Shown piece by piece: positions 1 through 9,181 of a DNA stretch of 35,921 nucleotides. Source of the DNA: Verrucomicrobia bacterium UBA2970 (lineage in GTDB: Bacteria > Verrucomicrobiota > Verrucomicrobiia > Limisphaerales > AAA164-E04). The stretch is from the NCBI GenBank assembly GCA_002348345.1, contig DEAY01000334.1:1-35921 (forward strand), read 5' to 3'. The notes beneath the pieces were generated by a model that ran no database searches, was not told the DNA's origin, and saw nothing but the letters and a program-made list of their open reading frames with translations. Numbering within the stretch: position 1 is the stretch's first letter; each line of letters opens with the position of its first letter. A program made the translations under genes and the position numbers.

Positions 1-69
1 GACCTCGTGACAAGAGATCACCGGGGTCTCTCCGGAATAAGAGGATGAAATTCGCGCATGACGCGTCAT
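1..69 (-). CDS. 5' fragment of a gene running off the left edge (MTRHARISSSYSGETPVISCHEV...), possibly an ABC ATP-binding protein
   Basis: ATG at 69 is open to position 1, 30 nt downstream of the rnc stop on the same strand. 'PVISCHEV' loosely resembles ABC ATPase N-termini. Only 23 codons are visible. Confidence 0.3.
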   Translation of the reverse strand, partial: MTRHARISSSYSGETPVISCHEV

Positions 70-99
70 TCTCACACACGGGCACGGATTACCGGGCCT

Positions 100-846
100 T
101 TACAAGTCGTCGGAGGAAGAGCGACTCGGCTGATCGCCGGTCAGCTCATTGAGCGCCACCAACGCCGCCTGGCCCTCAGCCTCTTTCTTGCTTTTTCCGC
201 TCCCGCGGCCCAACTCGACCCCGTTGTGGTAGACGGAACAAAGAAATCGTCGATCATGGTCGGGCCCGGAAACCGCCTCGAGTTGATATTGGGGAGGACT
301 TGAAGACTGCGCTTGAAGGAACTCCTGGAGTTCTCCTTTTGGGTTCTCCAGGTTAGACAGGAGCTCGATTTCATCCAATTCTTGTTGAAACACCCGTCGC
401 ACCAGCCCACACACCGCTTCGAAACCCGAATCAATATAAACAGCGCCAATGACCGCCTCGAAGGCATCCCCCAAAGCAGATTGCCTTTCCCGGCCTCCAC
501 TCAGTTCCTCCCCGCGACTGATCCGCAAATACTCACCGAGCCCCAGGCCTCTGGCGTGGGCGGCGAGGCGGCGCCGGTTCACCAACCGCGCGCGTGCTTT
601 CGTCAAGGGCCCCTCCTCGGCATCGCAGAATCGATCATAGAGGTCATGGGTGACAATCAATTGCAACACCGCATCGCCGAGAAACTCCAACCGCTGATTA
701 TGCAGCGCCGAGGCTTCCTCTTCCTGAGCGATTGAGGGATGGGTCAGCGCCAGCCGCAGCAAACTCCGGTCGCGAAATTCGTAGTCGAGAATGGCTTCCA
801 GCCGGCCCAACTCATCTTCTCCACCCTCTGGAAAGTGCGGTTTCAC
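100..846 (-). CDS. rnc: Ribonuclease III
   Basis: ALTHPS, NQRLEFLGDAVL signature, DAFEAVIGAVYIDSG, and a C-terminal dsRBD (NPKGELQE...GPDH...GSGKSKKEAE). Confidence 0.97.
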   Translation of the reverse strand: MKPHFPEGGEDELGRLEAILDYEFRDRSLLRLALTHPSIAQEEEASALHNQRLEFLGDAVLQLIVTHDLYDRFCDAEEGPLTKARARLVNRRRLAAHARGLGLGEYLRISRGEELSGGRERQSALGDAFEAVIGAVYIDSGFEAVCGLVRRVFQQELDEIELLSNLENPKGELQEFLQAQSSSPPQYQLEAVSGPDHDRRFLCSVYHNGVELGRGSGKSKKEAEGQAALVALNELTGDQPSRSSSDDL

Positions 847-1484
847 GCATTCAAGGTTTCAACGGCGACACCCGACTCTTCCTCCGACCGGCCCGGCCCC
901 GCTCCTTCCGTCCCCTCGGCCGTCGCCCCCTCCTGAACCGATTCCTCCTCCGTCGGTTCCCCATGCAGAAAGACATCGACCCCCTTCTCTAGAAGCAGCG
1001 AGACGTCTCGTTGCACATCCTGCAGTTCGTCCAACTTCAATTCCGGGTCGTTGACCGTAAAGATCTCTCCGGTTCTTGGATTCTCATAAACAAACCCTCG
1101 ATCCGTTGGCGTCCTGATTTCCTCCCGAACCTTCAACAAACGCTTCCGCTCAAGCATGGTTGCCAGAATGAAACAAACCGGGCCGTAGGTCTCATCTTCG
1201 AGCGCGACGAGTTTTCTTAAGGCCGAGTCCGCTGTTTCTTTCTGAATCGGCTCCGGAGGAGGAGGAGGAGGGACCATGTAGGTGCCATACCAATGCGACA
1301 CATAGCCCTTTCGATCACTGGCACCCTCCCCGTACTGGCTATCCCAACAATCCCGACAGACATCAATTCGATGGTGCTCCTCCCGCTCCGAAAAGAGAAG
1401 CGTGTGATAGGCCTGGCCGTCCTCAAAAGGAACGTCACAGGAATGGCATTGGGAGGAACGTGTCCGAATCTTCCAGTCAATCAT
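843..1484 (-). CDS. Hypothetical protein with N-terminal CxxC...CxxC putative zinc finger and acidic tail
   Basis: 213 aa with CHSC and CRDC pairs, a poly-Pro linker and an acidic C-terminus. The stop overlaps the rnc start (ATGA). Confidence 0.85.
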   Translation of the reverse strand: MIDWKIRTRSSQCHSCDVPFEDGQAYHTLLFSEREEHHRIDVCRDCWDSQYGEGASDRKGYVSHWYGTYMVPPPPPPEPIQKETADSALRKLVALEDETYGPVCFILATMLERKRLLKVREEIRTPTDRGFVYENPRTGEIFTVNDPELKLDELQDVQRDVSLLLEKGVDVFLHGEPTEEESVQEGATAEGTEGAGPGRSEEESGVAVETLNA

Positions 1485-1602
1485 GGAAACCTAATGACGT
1501 GCAAACCAATCGATTTCCTACCGAGAATTGGACGAATGGGCAATCAATTAACGTCACCATGACCGGATGATAATCGGAGTTCAAGAGACCCGGTGGAAAA
1601 CA

Positions 1603-1631
1603 TTGCGCGACGGACAGCGACCTCCCATATT
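1603..1631 (+). promoter_or_regulatory. Putative sigma70-type promoter of the sulfatase (TTGCGC-N17-CATATT)
   Basis: Canonical spacing. The -10 box ends 9 nt before ATG 1641. Confidence 0.4.
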
Positions 1632-1640
1632 GATTTGATC

Positions 1641-3494
1641 ATGATCAAGCGCCTTTTTGTCGTCCTGGGGCTTGGCTTCTGGGCTGCCCCGGTGGTCTGG
1701 CCAGCGACCCCGCCCAACATTCTGTGGATCACGAGCGAGGATAACGGCCCCCACTTGGGTTGTTACGGGGATCCCTACGCCACCACGCCCCATCTCGACG
1801 CCCTGGCACGTCGGGGGATGATCTATCGCAATGCCTGGTCCAACGCTCCGGTTTGCGCCCCCGCACGGACCACCATCATTTCCGGTCTCTACCCCCCGGC
1901 CACGGGAGCCGAACACATGCGCAGTCAAACCAAGCTCCCCGCCCACATTCAATTCTATCCCCAATCCCTCCGGGAACAGGGTTATTACTGCACGAACAAC
2001 AGCAAAAAGGACTATAATCTTACTGAAATTGGGACGGTTTGGGATGAGTCTTCGAAAGACGCCCATTGGAAGCACCGAAAACCCGGCCAGCCCTTTTTCG
2101 CCATCTTCAACATCGGGGTCACTCACGAAAGCCGGATTCGACGGCGACCTCACCAAGCCATTCACGATCCCGCTCACGTCCGCGTTCCGGCCTACCACCC
2201 TGACACGCCAACGGTTCGCCGAGATTGGGCCCAATACTATGACAAGATCACCGAGATGGACCGTTTGGCCGGCGACTTGTTGCAAGAGCTCGAGACCGCC
2301 GGCTTGGCCGATGACACCATTGTCTTCTACTACGGCGATCATGGCTCCGGCATGCCCCGGAACAAACGTTGGCCCTACAATTCGGGCCTCCACGTCCCCC
2401 TCATCGTGTCGGTGCCCGAGCAGTTCAAAACCCTAGCACCCTCCGACTACCAGATCGGAGGAGAAAGTCATCGGTTGGTGGGCTTCATCGACCTCGCGCC
2501 CACACTGATGAGCCTCGTTGGGGAACGCCCCAAACCACACTTTCACGGGCAGGCGTTCATGGGGCCTTTCGAGACGCCCGCCCCCCAATACGCCTACGGA
2601 TTTCGCGGACGGATGGATGAACGTTACGATCTCGTTCGGACCGTCCGGGACGAGCATTTCGTTTATCTGAGGCACTTCATGCCCCACAAGGAGTATGGAC
2701 AATTCATCGATTACATGTTCAAAACCCCGACGACGGCCCAGTGGAACCAGTTGTTTCGGGAAGGCAAACTCAGCCCTGAACAAGCCCTCTTCTGGCAGCG
2801 CAAACCGGTGGAGGAACTATACGATCTCAGGGACGATCCAGACGAGATTCGCAACCTCGCCAAATCGCCGGAACATCGGAAGACGCTCACTCGATTCCGC
2901 ACCGAACTTCGCCGCTTTCAATCTCGGATCAAGGACATCGGCCTCCTCCCCGAGGAGGAGATCCATCTCCGATCTCGGGGCAGCACTCCCTATGAGGTAG
3001 GGCAGGACCCCGATCGATTTCCCTTCGCCGAGATTCGACAAATCGCCGCGACGGCCTCCCGGCGCGGAAAGTCAGGAATTCCCAAGCTTCGCAACGCAAT
3101 GGCGCACCCCGATAGCGCCGTCCGGTATTGGGGGGTCTTGGGCTATCTCAACCGAGGGCAGCGAGCCGTCCGAGGGGATTCCAGACGCTTGCGTGAGGCA
3201 CTTGATGACTCCTCCAACAGCGTCCGCGTTCTCGCCGCCGAGGCGCTCGCCAAGTTTGGCGAGCCGCAGGATCTTGAAATCGCCCTCGGGACCCTCATTG
3301 AGACCGCCAACTTGGAAAAGCACAACGTCTGGGTTGCCATGCTTGCCTTGAACGCCATCGACGAACTCGATGAAAAAGCAGCATCCCTCAAGGCTCAGAT
3401 CCAAGCCCTCCCCAGACAGAGCCAAACGAGCCCCACGCGCTATCGATCCTACGTTCCCAATCTGATTAAAAAAACCCTCGCCGACCTCAGGTAA
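1641..3494 (+). CDS. Secreted formylglycine-dependent sulfatase with C-terminal HEAT-like repeats
   Basis: Signal peptide from ATG 1641, [15 protein letters not shown] (CxPxR) motif, GDHG, and C-terminal repeats ([25 protein letters not shown]). Confidence 0.92.
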   Translation: MIKRLFVVLGLGFWAAPVVWPATPPNILWITSEDNGPHLGCYGDPYATTPHLDALARRGMIYRNAWSNAPVCAPARTTIISGLYPPATGAEHMRSQTKLPAHIQFYPQSLREQGYYCTNNSKKDYNLTEIGTVWDESSKDAHWKHRKPGQPFFAIFNIGVTHESRIRRRPHQAIHDPAHVRVPAYHPDTPTVRRDWAQYYDKITEMDRLAGDLLQELETAGLADDTIVFYYGDHGSGMPRNKRWPYNSGLHVPLIVSVPEQFKTLAPSDYQIGGESHRLVGFIDLAPTLMSLVGERPKPHFHGQAFMGPFETPAPQYAYGFRGRMDERYDLVRTVRDEHFVYLRHFMPHKEYGQFIDYMFKTPTTAQWNQLFREGKLSPEQALFWQRKPVEELYDLRDDPDEIRNLAKSPEHRKTLTRFRTELRRFQSRIKDIGLLPEEEIHLRSRGSTPYEVGQDPDRFPFAEIRQIAATASRRGKSGIPKLRNAMAHPDSAVRYWGVLGYLNRGQRAVRGDSRRLREALDDSSNSVRVLAAEALAKFGEPQDLEIALGTLIETANLEKHNVWVAMLALNAIDELDEKAASLKAQIQALPRQSQTSPTRYRSYVPNLIKKTLADLR

Positions 3495-3499
3495 TCCTC

Positions 3500-3907
3500 A
3501 TGACGGACAAGATTAGCCGAACCGACGAAGAATGGCGGATTCGATTGAGCCCCGAACAGTTTCGCGTCACCCGCGAACACGGAACGGAACGCGCCTTTTC
3601 CGGTGCCTACTGGGATCTCAAGGAAGAAGGCGTCTACCACTGCGTCGGCTGCGGACTCCCGCTGTTCCCCTCGGAGACCAAGTTTGATTCGGGAACCGGT
3701 TGGCCCAGTTACTGGCAACCGGTCGATTCCGCCAACATAGAAACCCAGGAGGATCGCAGTTGGTTCATGACCCGGACCGAGGTTCACTGCCGCCGATGTC
3801 ATGGTCATCTCGGCCATCTCTTCGACGATGGTCCGGCTCCCACCGGTCTTCGCTACTGCATCAACTCCGCCGCTCTTGATTTCGTTCCCGAGAAAGCCGA
3901 CACCTGA
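3500..3907 (+). CDS. msrB: Peptide-methionine (R)-S-oxide reductase
   Basis: GTERAF, two Zn CxxC pairs, [10 protein letters not shown] (Thr at the usual resolving-Cys position), [16 protein letters not shown]. Confidence 0.97.
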   Translation: MTDKISRTDEEWRIRLSPEQFRVTREHGTERAFSGAYWDLKEEGVYHCVGCGLPLFPSETKFDSGTGWPSYWQPVDSANIETQEDRSWFMTRTEVHCRRCHGHLGHLFDDGPAPTGLRYCINSAALDFVPEKADT

Positions 3908-3916
3908 GAACCAGAC

Positions 3917-3961
3917 AAAAAGGCGCCCGGGATTCCCACCAGAGGTCGGCCTCCCGGGCGC
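3917..3961 (-). terminator. Probable intrinsic terminator between the convergent msrB and Calx-beta genes
   Basis: Perfect 10-bp inverted repeat gcgcccggga (3923-3932) / tcccgggcgc (3952-3961). AAAAA at 3917-3921 gives a U-tract on the minus strand. Confidence 0.6.
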
Positions 3962-3988
3962 TGTGATCCGCATCGAAACCCAGCGATC

Positions 3989-6900
3989 CTAATCCTCCTG
4001 GTCGAGATCAAGATCCGGAACCAGGCGGAAGAAACGAGCCGTCGTCGCAGTGGACTCGGTGTCGATGATATGAATGGCATCATCGGTGGCCGTGCTCATG
4101 CCGATGGTGTCCCATTGCCCTATTTGATTCCCGGCCTCGATCCGAAAGGACTTCCCGTTCTGCGCGGGAATCGCGATGTGCACCAACCCGTCTTTCAATC
4201 GAGTGGGTCCCTGCACCGAAAGATGGCGGTTTGCAATCACAACACCGGCGCGACGTGAGCGTCCGATTTCATAGGCGGCACCGGCAACACTGGCGGGTGC
4301 CTCGGTCAATCGGATCACGACGCTCTCCCTGCCTTCCACCAAGTCATCGGCCAAGGGGAGCACCGTCAACGTCACCCAACGTTTGTTGGCAGGAATCACG
4401 ATCCGCCCCTCCAGCTTCTCGTAGTCGACCCCGTTTTCAGCGCTCCCCTCAATCTCGTAGTGAACGATCAAATCCGATTCCGACTTCCCGGAACGAAAGA
4501 ACCGGACGGACGCTGGGTTGGCCTTTCGCTCACCAACCGGTTCGACGCCAAGCCCATCCCTTGTCAGGACCGTCACCACCGGCCGTTCCCGTTCCCCTTT
4601 GACTCTGATACTCACCGTTCTTGACCGAGCAGAAGCCCCCTCGTTGTCAGTGACGACTGCCGTCAATTCATGAGTCCCGATCGGGGCGTTCTCCCACCGC
4701 AGGGAAAAGCGTTGCCCTTCACCGGCCTCCGGCTCACGAACGAAATTAATCGTTTCCTCCGCTACCAGAAGTCGCCCGGCATAAAGCTCGACCCGTCCGA
4801 TCCAACCATCGCCATCGACGGCCTCGACGCCCAGACCAACGTCGGCAGGCGCATGGAAAACCGCGCGGGTCCTCGGCTTCACAATCGCCACCTTCGGCGC
4901 TAAATTGCGATCGCGATCATTGTCAAACAACCGGATCCCCGCGGAGGCGTTCTCTCCCAATCGATAACAATCATTGGAGAGCGAATTTTCCTGAGGACAA
5001 CGAGGCGGCACCAATTCGACCAGGACCGACTCGGTCCCTTCCACCTCGCGGTCGTCGATCGGCTCAATGACGAGATCAACGGCATTCTCTCCCGCCATGA
5101 ACTCGAACGATCGCATCACCCGATGATAGTCCCGCCCGTTGACGGCGCTGCCACCAATCCGGAAACTGACCTTCAACCGATTCGCGAGGTTCCCCTCTCG
5201 CATGAATCGAAATCGTCCAACATCCATCGGAGTCCCGTCGGTCCGAATCGTTTCCGAGGCAGACGAATCGATGGCGGTCACCGACACCACAGTGCCTCGA
5301 ATCACATCCTCCAGAACCGCGATTGACAACGACCCCGAGCGGGCCTCCCCTCCGTCATTATCCTCTGCGAGCGCTTCGAGCCGATACCTTCCCGGACCCA
5401 CCTTGTTCCAATCAAATTCGAAGGTCTGAATTTCATCGGACATCATCGCCCGGTCTGCCTTCACCGCTCCAATCTTGCGACCGTTGGCAAAAAAGATCAC
5501 CTGCCGAACAAATCCATCGGAATCCGCCGTCTCCACTTTCAACCCGATCCGATCCGGGGTCTTGAACTCCGATCCGTTCCGAGGCGACACCAACGCGATT
5601 CGTGGCACTTGATTCACCCGCTCGTCATTGTCCCGAATGGTCGCTCGCGCTTCTTGATTCCGACCGAGGCTGTAACAGTCGGCGGGTGGGGGAAAGATGG
5701 CGATGCAGGGCGTGGGCTTGAGCGTGAGCACCACCGATTCGCGTCCCTCCACAAGGGCGTCATCAAGAGGCACGATTTGAACCTCGGCCCGCGTTTCCCC
5801 CTCGGCCATTTCCACGAATCCCGGTAATCTCAAGTAGTCCTTGCCATTCTCCGCACTCCCCGTCAACTCGTAGGGAATCCGGAGCGCTCCCTCTGTCCGA
5901 CCGGTTCGCCCAATGACGAACGTCGCGACATTGGACAAGGCCCTCGCCTGAAACGATGGTCCCTCAGGTCGATCATTCCGCTCCACAGAAACCTCCGCCG
6001 CCACGGAATCGGTCGCCTTGACCTGCACCACGGTTCGAACATGATTCATGCCGACCGTCATCCTCACCGGTCTCGATTTGCTCTCGACCTCGTCGTTGTC
6101 GGTTGCGACCGCAACCAATTGATAGCGCCCCGGCTCCAGGTCTCGGACTCGAACATGAAAAACATGTTGGTTCTGTCGGCCACTGCTGCGGGCTCTCACT
6201 CGCCCCACGCTCTCCCCATTGGCAAAGAATTCCACCATCAAGACCCGACCATCACGATCCGACGCCCGCGCGAACAAATGAATGGTCTGTCCCTCGCGAA
6301 ACTCGCTCCCTTCCGTGGGTCGTACGATCTCGACGGACGGTGGCAGGTTCTGATTCGAGCGGTCATCGTCCAGAATCTCAACTTGCGCCCGACCTGCACG
6401 TCCCACGACATAGCACCGCCTTTGGGGCTCAATCGCGTCTCCGCAATCGGTGGCTTTCAAACTGATCTGAACGGTTTCGGTTCCTTCCACCTCTCGATCA
6501 TTCAGAGGAAAGACATCGATCGTGGTTGAGGCTTGATTGGCGGGAATCGTGACCCGTTCATCGATCTGACGGTAGTCCTTTCCGTTGGTGGCCGTCCCCG
6601 TGATCTGAAGGCCGACTTGAAGCGCTCGCCGGGTGCTTCCCGATCGCTTGATGACAAAACGCCCGATATCAGCTCGTCCCGGACGAGTCGCCGCAGGCGT
6701 GCCTTGTTCCGATGCTTGGCCATCCACGGCATCAATCACCACCACCGGCGGCTTTCCCTGCTCAACCACCGCGATTCCTACCGATCCAGATACCGTTGAC
6801 CCTCCGCGCTCGTCGATCGCTCTCGCCGTCAACAAGTATCGGCCCGCTGGCACGTTCTCCCACTGCCATGAACCCACCTGACGTGCAGGAGGAACCGGCA

Positions 6901-7936
6901 ACCCTTCGCTCCCAGTCGACTCCTCTCCAACTGAAGGCGGTTCCGAATCAGGCTCGATTTTCACAGCGCCCAAGAGCCGGGCACCAGCGTAGAATTCGAT
7001 GGTTTCCACTCGCCCATCCATATCCCAGGCATGGGCCTCCAGCTCGATGGTTGAGCCCTCACGAAAGCCTTGACCCGAGAGCGGATGGGTCAGGACGACC
7101 AAAGGAGGCTGATTCTCGAGCGGCCGATCGTTATCACGGATCACCACCGTTCCTTCCGCCGCTTTGCCTACCAGGTAGCACTCGACCGGAGGAGGAAACA
7201 CGTCGATGCATACAGGGGGAACCACCCGGAGAATCGCTCTTTCTTCCCTCTCCTGAATCGAATCGTCGATCGGTTGGAGACTAACCTCAACCCGAGACTC
7301 CCCTTCAGGAATGGTGATCGATCCGGTGGAGGCTCTAAAGTCGCTGCCATTCATGGCATCGCCACCCCATTCAAAATAGACTTCCAGGGGGAAATCCGTC
7401 CGCCCCGATCGCTCGATGATGATCGAGCCAGTATCGAGGAGGTCATCGGAAGACTCCATCGCGATGGGATCCGCAACCCGAATGCCCACCTCGGTCGTCT
7501 CATCAAGCTGGAGGATTTCCAGTGTCGAGGGAACCGATCTGGCCAACGGACTGCCGTCCCGCCACAGAACCGCTCGGATTTCGTGGGTCCCCGCGGGAAT
7601 ATGCTCCCAGGTCCAAGAATAGATCCCCGATGGCCCCGCTTCCAATTCACCCGTTGGATCGGGCAACACACTAAAAGGGCTATCCACCCGTCCCAAACTC
7701 ATTTCGCCATTCAGAAACTCAACTGAAACATCTCCAGATGAGAGTCCTTCCACCTCCGCAATCAGCGGCAAATTCAACGGCCCGACCAAGGTGAGTCCGT
7801 CGGGAGGACTCGCCAGCGCAATGCGCGCGCTCAAGCCACCTCCCGGGTCTTCCCCCTGCGCTTGTACATACGACACCCCCAGCACCCACGTCACCGTCAG
7901 TACTGCCCACAAATGCAGCTTCCTATTTGTTTTCAT
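3989..7936 (-). CDS. Large secreted protein: 5x [bacterial Ig-like + Calx-beta] plus a short C-terminal beta domain
   Basis: Signal peptide ending VQA. Repeating Ig units (NxxPxVxIxxP..G..F...DxDG.V..VEF) alternate with Calx-beta units (G.A.NG.DY...P.DD..VEG.E...I.DND). Ends RFFRLVP. Confidence 0.9.
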   Translation of the reverse strand: MKTNRKLHLWAVLTVTWVLGVSYVQAQGEDPGGGLSARIALASPPDGLTLVGPLNLPLIAEVEGLSSGDVSVEFLNGEMSLGRVDSPFSVLPDPTGELEAGPSGIYSWTWEHIPAGTHEIRAVLWRDGSPLARSVPSTLEILQLDETTEVGIRVADPIAMESSDDLLDTGSIIIERSGRTDFPLEVYFEWGGDAMNGSDFRASTGSITIPEGESRVEVSLQPIDDSIQEREERAILRVVPPVCIDVFPPPVECYLVGKAAEGTVVIRDNDRPLENQPPLVVLTHPLSGQGFREGSTIELEAHAWDMDGRVETIEFYAGARLLGAVKIEPDSEPPSVGEESTGSEGLPVPPARQVGSWQWENVPAGRYLLTARAIDERGGSTVSGSVGIAVVEQGKPPVVVIDAVDGQASEQGTPAATRPGRADIGRFVIKRSGSTRRALQVGLQITGTATNGKDYRQIDERVTIPANQASTTIDVFPLNDREVEGTETVQISLKATDCGDAIEPQRRCYVVGRAGRAQVEILDDDRSNQNLPPSVEIVRPTEGSEFREGQTIHLFARASDRDGRVLMVEFFANGESVGRVRARSSGRQNQHVFHVRVRDLEPGRYQLVAVATDNDEVESKSRPVRMTVGMNHVRTVVQVKATDSVAAEVSVERNDRPEGPSFQARALSNVATFVIGRTGRTEGALRIPYELTGSAENGKDYLRLPGFVEMAEGETRAEVQIVPLDDALVEGRESVVLTLKPTPCIAIFPPPADCYSLGRNQEARATIRDNDERVNQVPRIALVSPRNGSEFKTPDRIGLKVETADSDGFVRQVIFFANGRKIGAVKADRAMMSDEIQTFEFDWNKVGPGRYRLEALAEDNDGGEARSGSLSIAVLEDVIRGTVVSVTAIDSSASETIRTDGTPMDVGRFRFMREGNLANRLKVSFRIGGSAVNGRDYHRVMRSFEFMAGENAVDLVIEPIDDREVEGTESVLVELVPPRCPQENSLSNDCYRLGENASAGIRLFDNDRDRNLAPKVAIVKPRTRAVFHAPADVGLGVEAVDGDGWIGRVELYAGRLLVAEETINFVREPEAGEGQRFSLRWENAPIGTHELTAVVTDNEGASARSRTVSIRVKGERERPVVTVLTRDGLGVEPVGERKANPASVRFFRSGKSESDLIVHYEIEGSAENGVDYEKLEGRIVIPANKRWVTLTVLPLADDLVEGRESVVIRLTEAPASVAGAAYEIGRSRRAGVVIANRHLSVQGPTRLKDGLVHIAIPAQNGKSFRIEAGNQIGQWDTIGMSTATDDAIHIIDTESTATTARFFRLVPDLDLDQED

Positions 7937-7972
7937 AAGCCTAACAATGCACTCTCGTGCAATTTCGCTAGA

Positions 7973-7989
7973 TGCTTATTTCGTGCCAA
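7973..7989 (-). promoter_or_regulatory. Putative sigma54 (-24/-12) promoter of the Calx-beta gene
   Basis: The minus strand reads TTGGCACGAAATAAGCA: perfect TGGCACG and exact GG-N10-GC spacing, about 37 nt before the ATG. The -12 element is AAGC rather than TTGC. Confidence 0.5.
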
Positions 7990-8113
7990 TTCTCAAACTG
8001 GAAAACCGAAAAACCGACCAAATTTGGACAATCGAACCGAATTTCCGCCTGTTCGTCCACCGGTGTATCCAATCGATGACCTTTCTGGCTCCAGATGAAT
8101 CAGAAAAGAAACA

Positions 8114-8143
8114 TTGGACCCGTCCGAAAGCCCTCTCTAAAAT
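8114..8143 (+). promoter_or_regulatory. Putative sigma70 promoter (TTGGAC-N18-TAAAAT), leaderless geometry
   Basis: TAAAAT at 8138-8143 is 6 nt before ATG 8150. No Shine-Dalgarno. Confidence 0.45.
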
Positions 8144-8149
8144 CCTCGC

Positions 8150-9178
8150 ATGGGGTCGCGGGAAGCACTTGAAGAGACAACCGCTGCAGGGGGGAAAACG
8201 ATCGACCCCTTGCTTCAAGCCTACCGCTGGATGCTCACAGCCCGTCTCCTTGATGAGAAACTCGCAACGCTCTACCGAGCCGGGCGGATCCACGGAGGCG
8301 TCTTCATGGGCAAAGGGCAGGAAGCCCTAAGTGTTGCCCTCGGCCAAGGCCTCCAGGTAACCGATATCTATGCCCCGCTCATCCGAGACGGTGCGGGCAG
8401 ACTCGCCTTCGGCGAGACCATTCACGATGCCCTGAGGAATTGCTTGGGTTCGCCCCAGGGACCGATGCGGGCCCGGGACGGCAACGTCCACCGGGGGCGC
8501 CCCCGCCAGGGCTATCTTCCCATGCTCAGCCATCTGGGTGCTATGATCTCAGTCGTGGGCGGCATGCTCATGGCCCGACGGATTCAAGGCAAGCCGGTTG
8601 GAGTGGGCGCCACCTGCCTGGGAGACGGGGGCACCTCAACTGGCGCCTTTCACGAGGCCATCAACCTGGCGGCGGTCGAACGATTACCCCTGGTCTTGGT
8701 CATCGCCAACAATCGCTATGCCTATTCCACGCCGACCGAGAAACAATTCGCCTGCCATTCCCTGACCGACAAAGCCATCGGCTATGGAGTCGATAGTCAC
8801 TCGGTTGACGGCACCGACCTCATGGCCTGCCGAAACACTATCTTCGAGGCCATCGATCAAGCCCGGAGGGGACATGGTCCTCAGTTAGTGGTCGCCGATC
8901 TCCTCCGACTCTGTGGCCACGGCGAGCACGATGACGCCCCCTATATCAAGGACCAACTCAAGGCCTCGCCGCTGGGACGAGATTGTCTGGAGGTCGCCGC
9001 AGACCAACTCCTTGGCGAAAGGGTTGCCACCAAAAACCAAATCGAAACCATCCGCCAGGAGATCGTTGAATCGATCGAGACAGCCGTCGCTGAGGTCTCC
9101 CGTGAATCGCTCCCGTGCTTGACTCACTACGATTGGTGTTCCCTTTCCACGCGACGGCTTGCCGATGGGGTGAGCTGA
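8150..9178 (+). CDS. TPP-dependent 2-oxoacid dehydrogenase E1 alpha subunit
   Basis: GQEA, TPP motif GDGGTSTGAFHEAINLA...ANN, RLCGHGEHDD. Confidence 0.93.
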   Translation: MGSREALEETTAAGGKTIDPLLQAYRWMLTARLLDEKLATLYRAGRIHGGVFMGKGQEALSVALGQGLQVTDIYAPLIRDGAGRLAFGETIHDALRNCLGSPQGPMRARDGNVHRGRPRQGYLPMLSHLGAMISVVGGMLMARRIQGKPVGVGATCLGDGGTSTGAFHEAINLAAVERLPLVLVIANNRYAYSTPTEKQFACHSLTDKAIGYGVDSHSVDGTDLMACRNTIFEAIDQARRGHGPQLVVADLLRLCGHGEHDDAPYIKDQLKASPLGRDCLEVAADQLLGERVATKNQIETIRQEIVESIETAVAEVSRESLPCLTHYDWCSLSTRRLADGVS

Positions 9179-9181
9179 GGG

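Noticed and set aside
1255-1269. (GGA)5 simple repeat
   Set aside because: It encodes the poly-Pro linker of the minus-strand zinc-finger protein. It is an in-frame triplet run with no sign of phase variation.
1581-2393. Long antisense/alternate-frame ORFs (e.g. 1581-2393, 19378-20199, 29521-30261, 34262-35062)
   Set aside because: They overlap well-supported genes and have no recognisable motifs, as expected for shadow ORFs in high-GC DNA.
3989-7936. Repeats in the Calx-beta gene as a DNA repeat array, DGR target or shufflon
   Set aside because: Similarity is visible at protein level only. There are no near-identical nucleotide copies and no reverse transcriptase or recombinase in the window.
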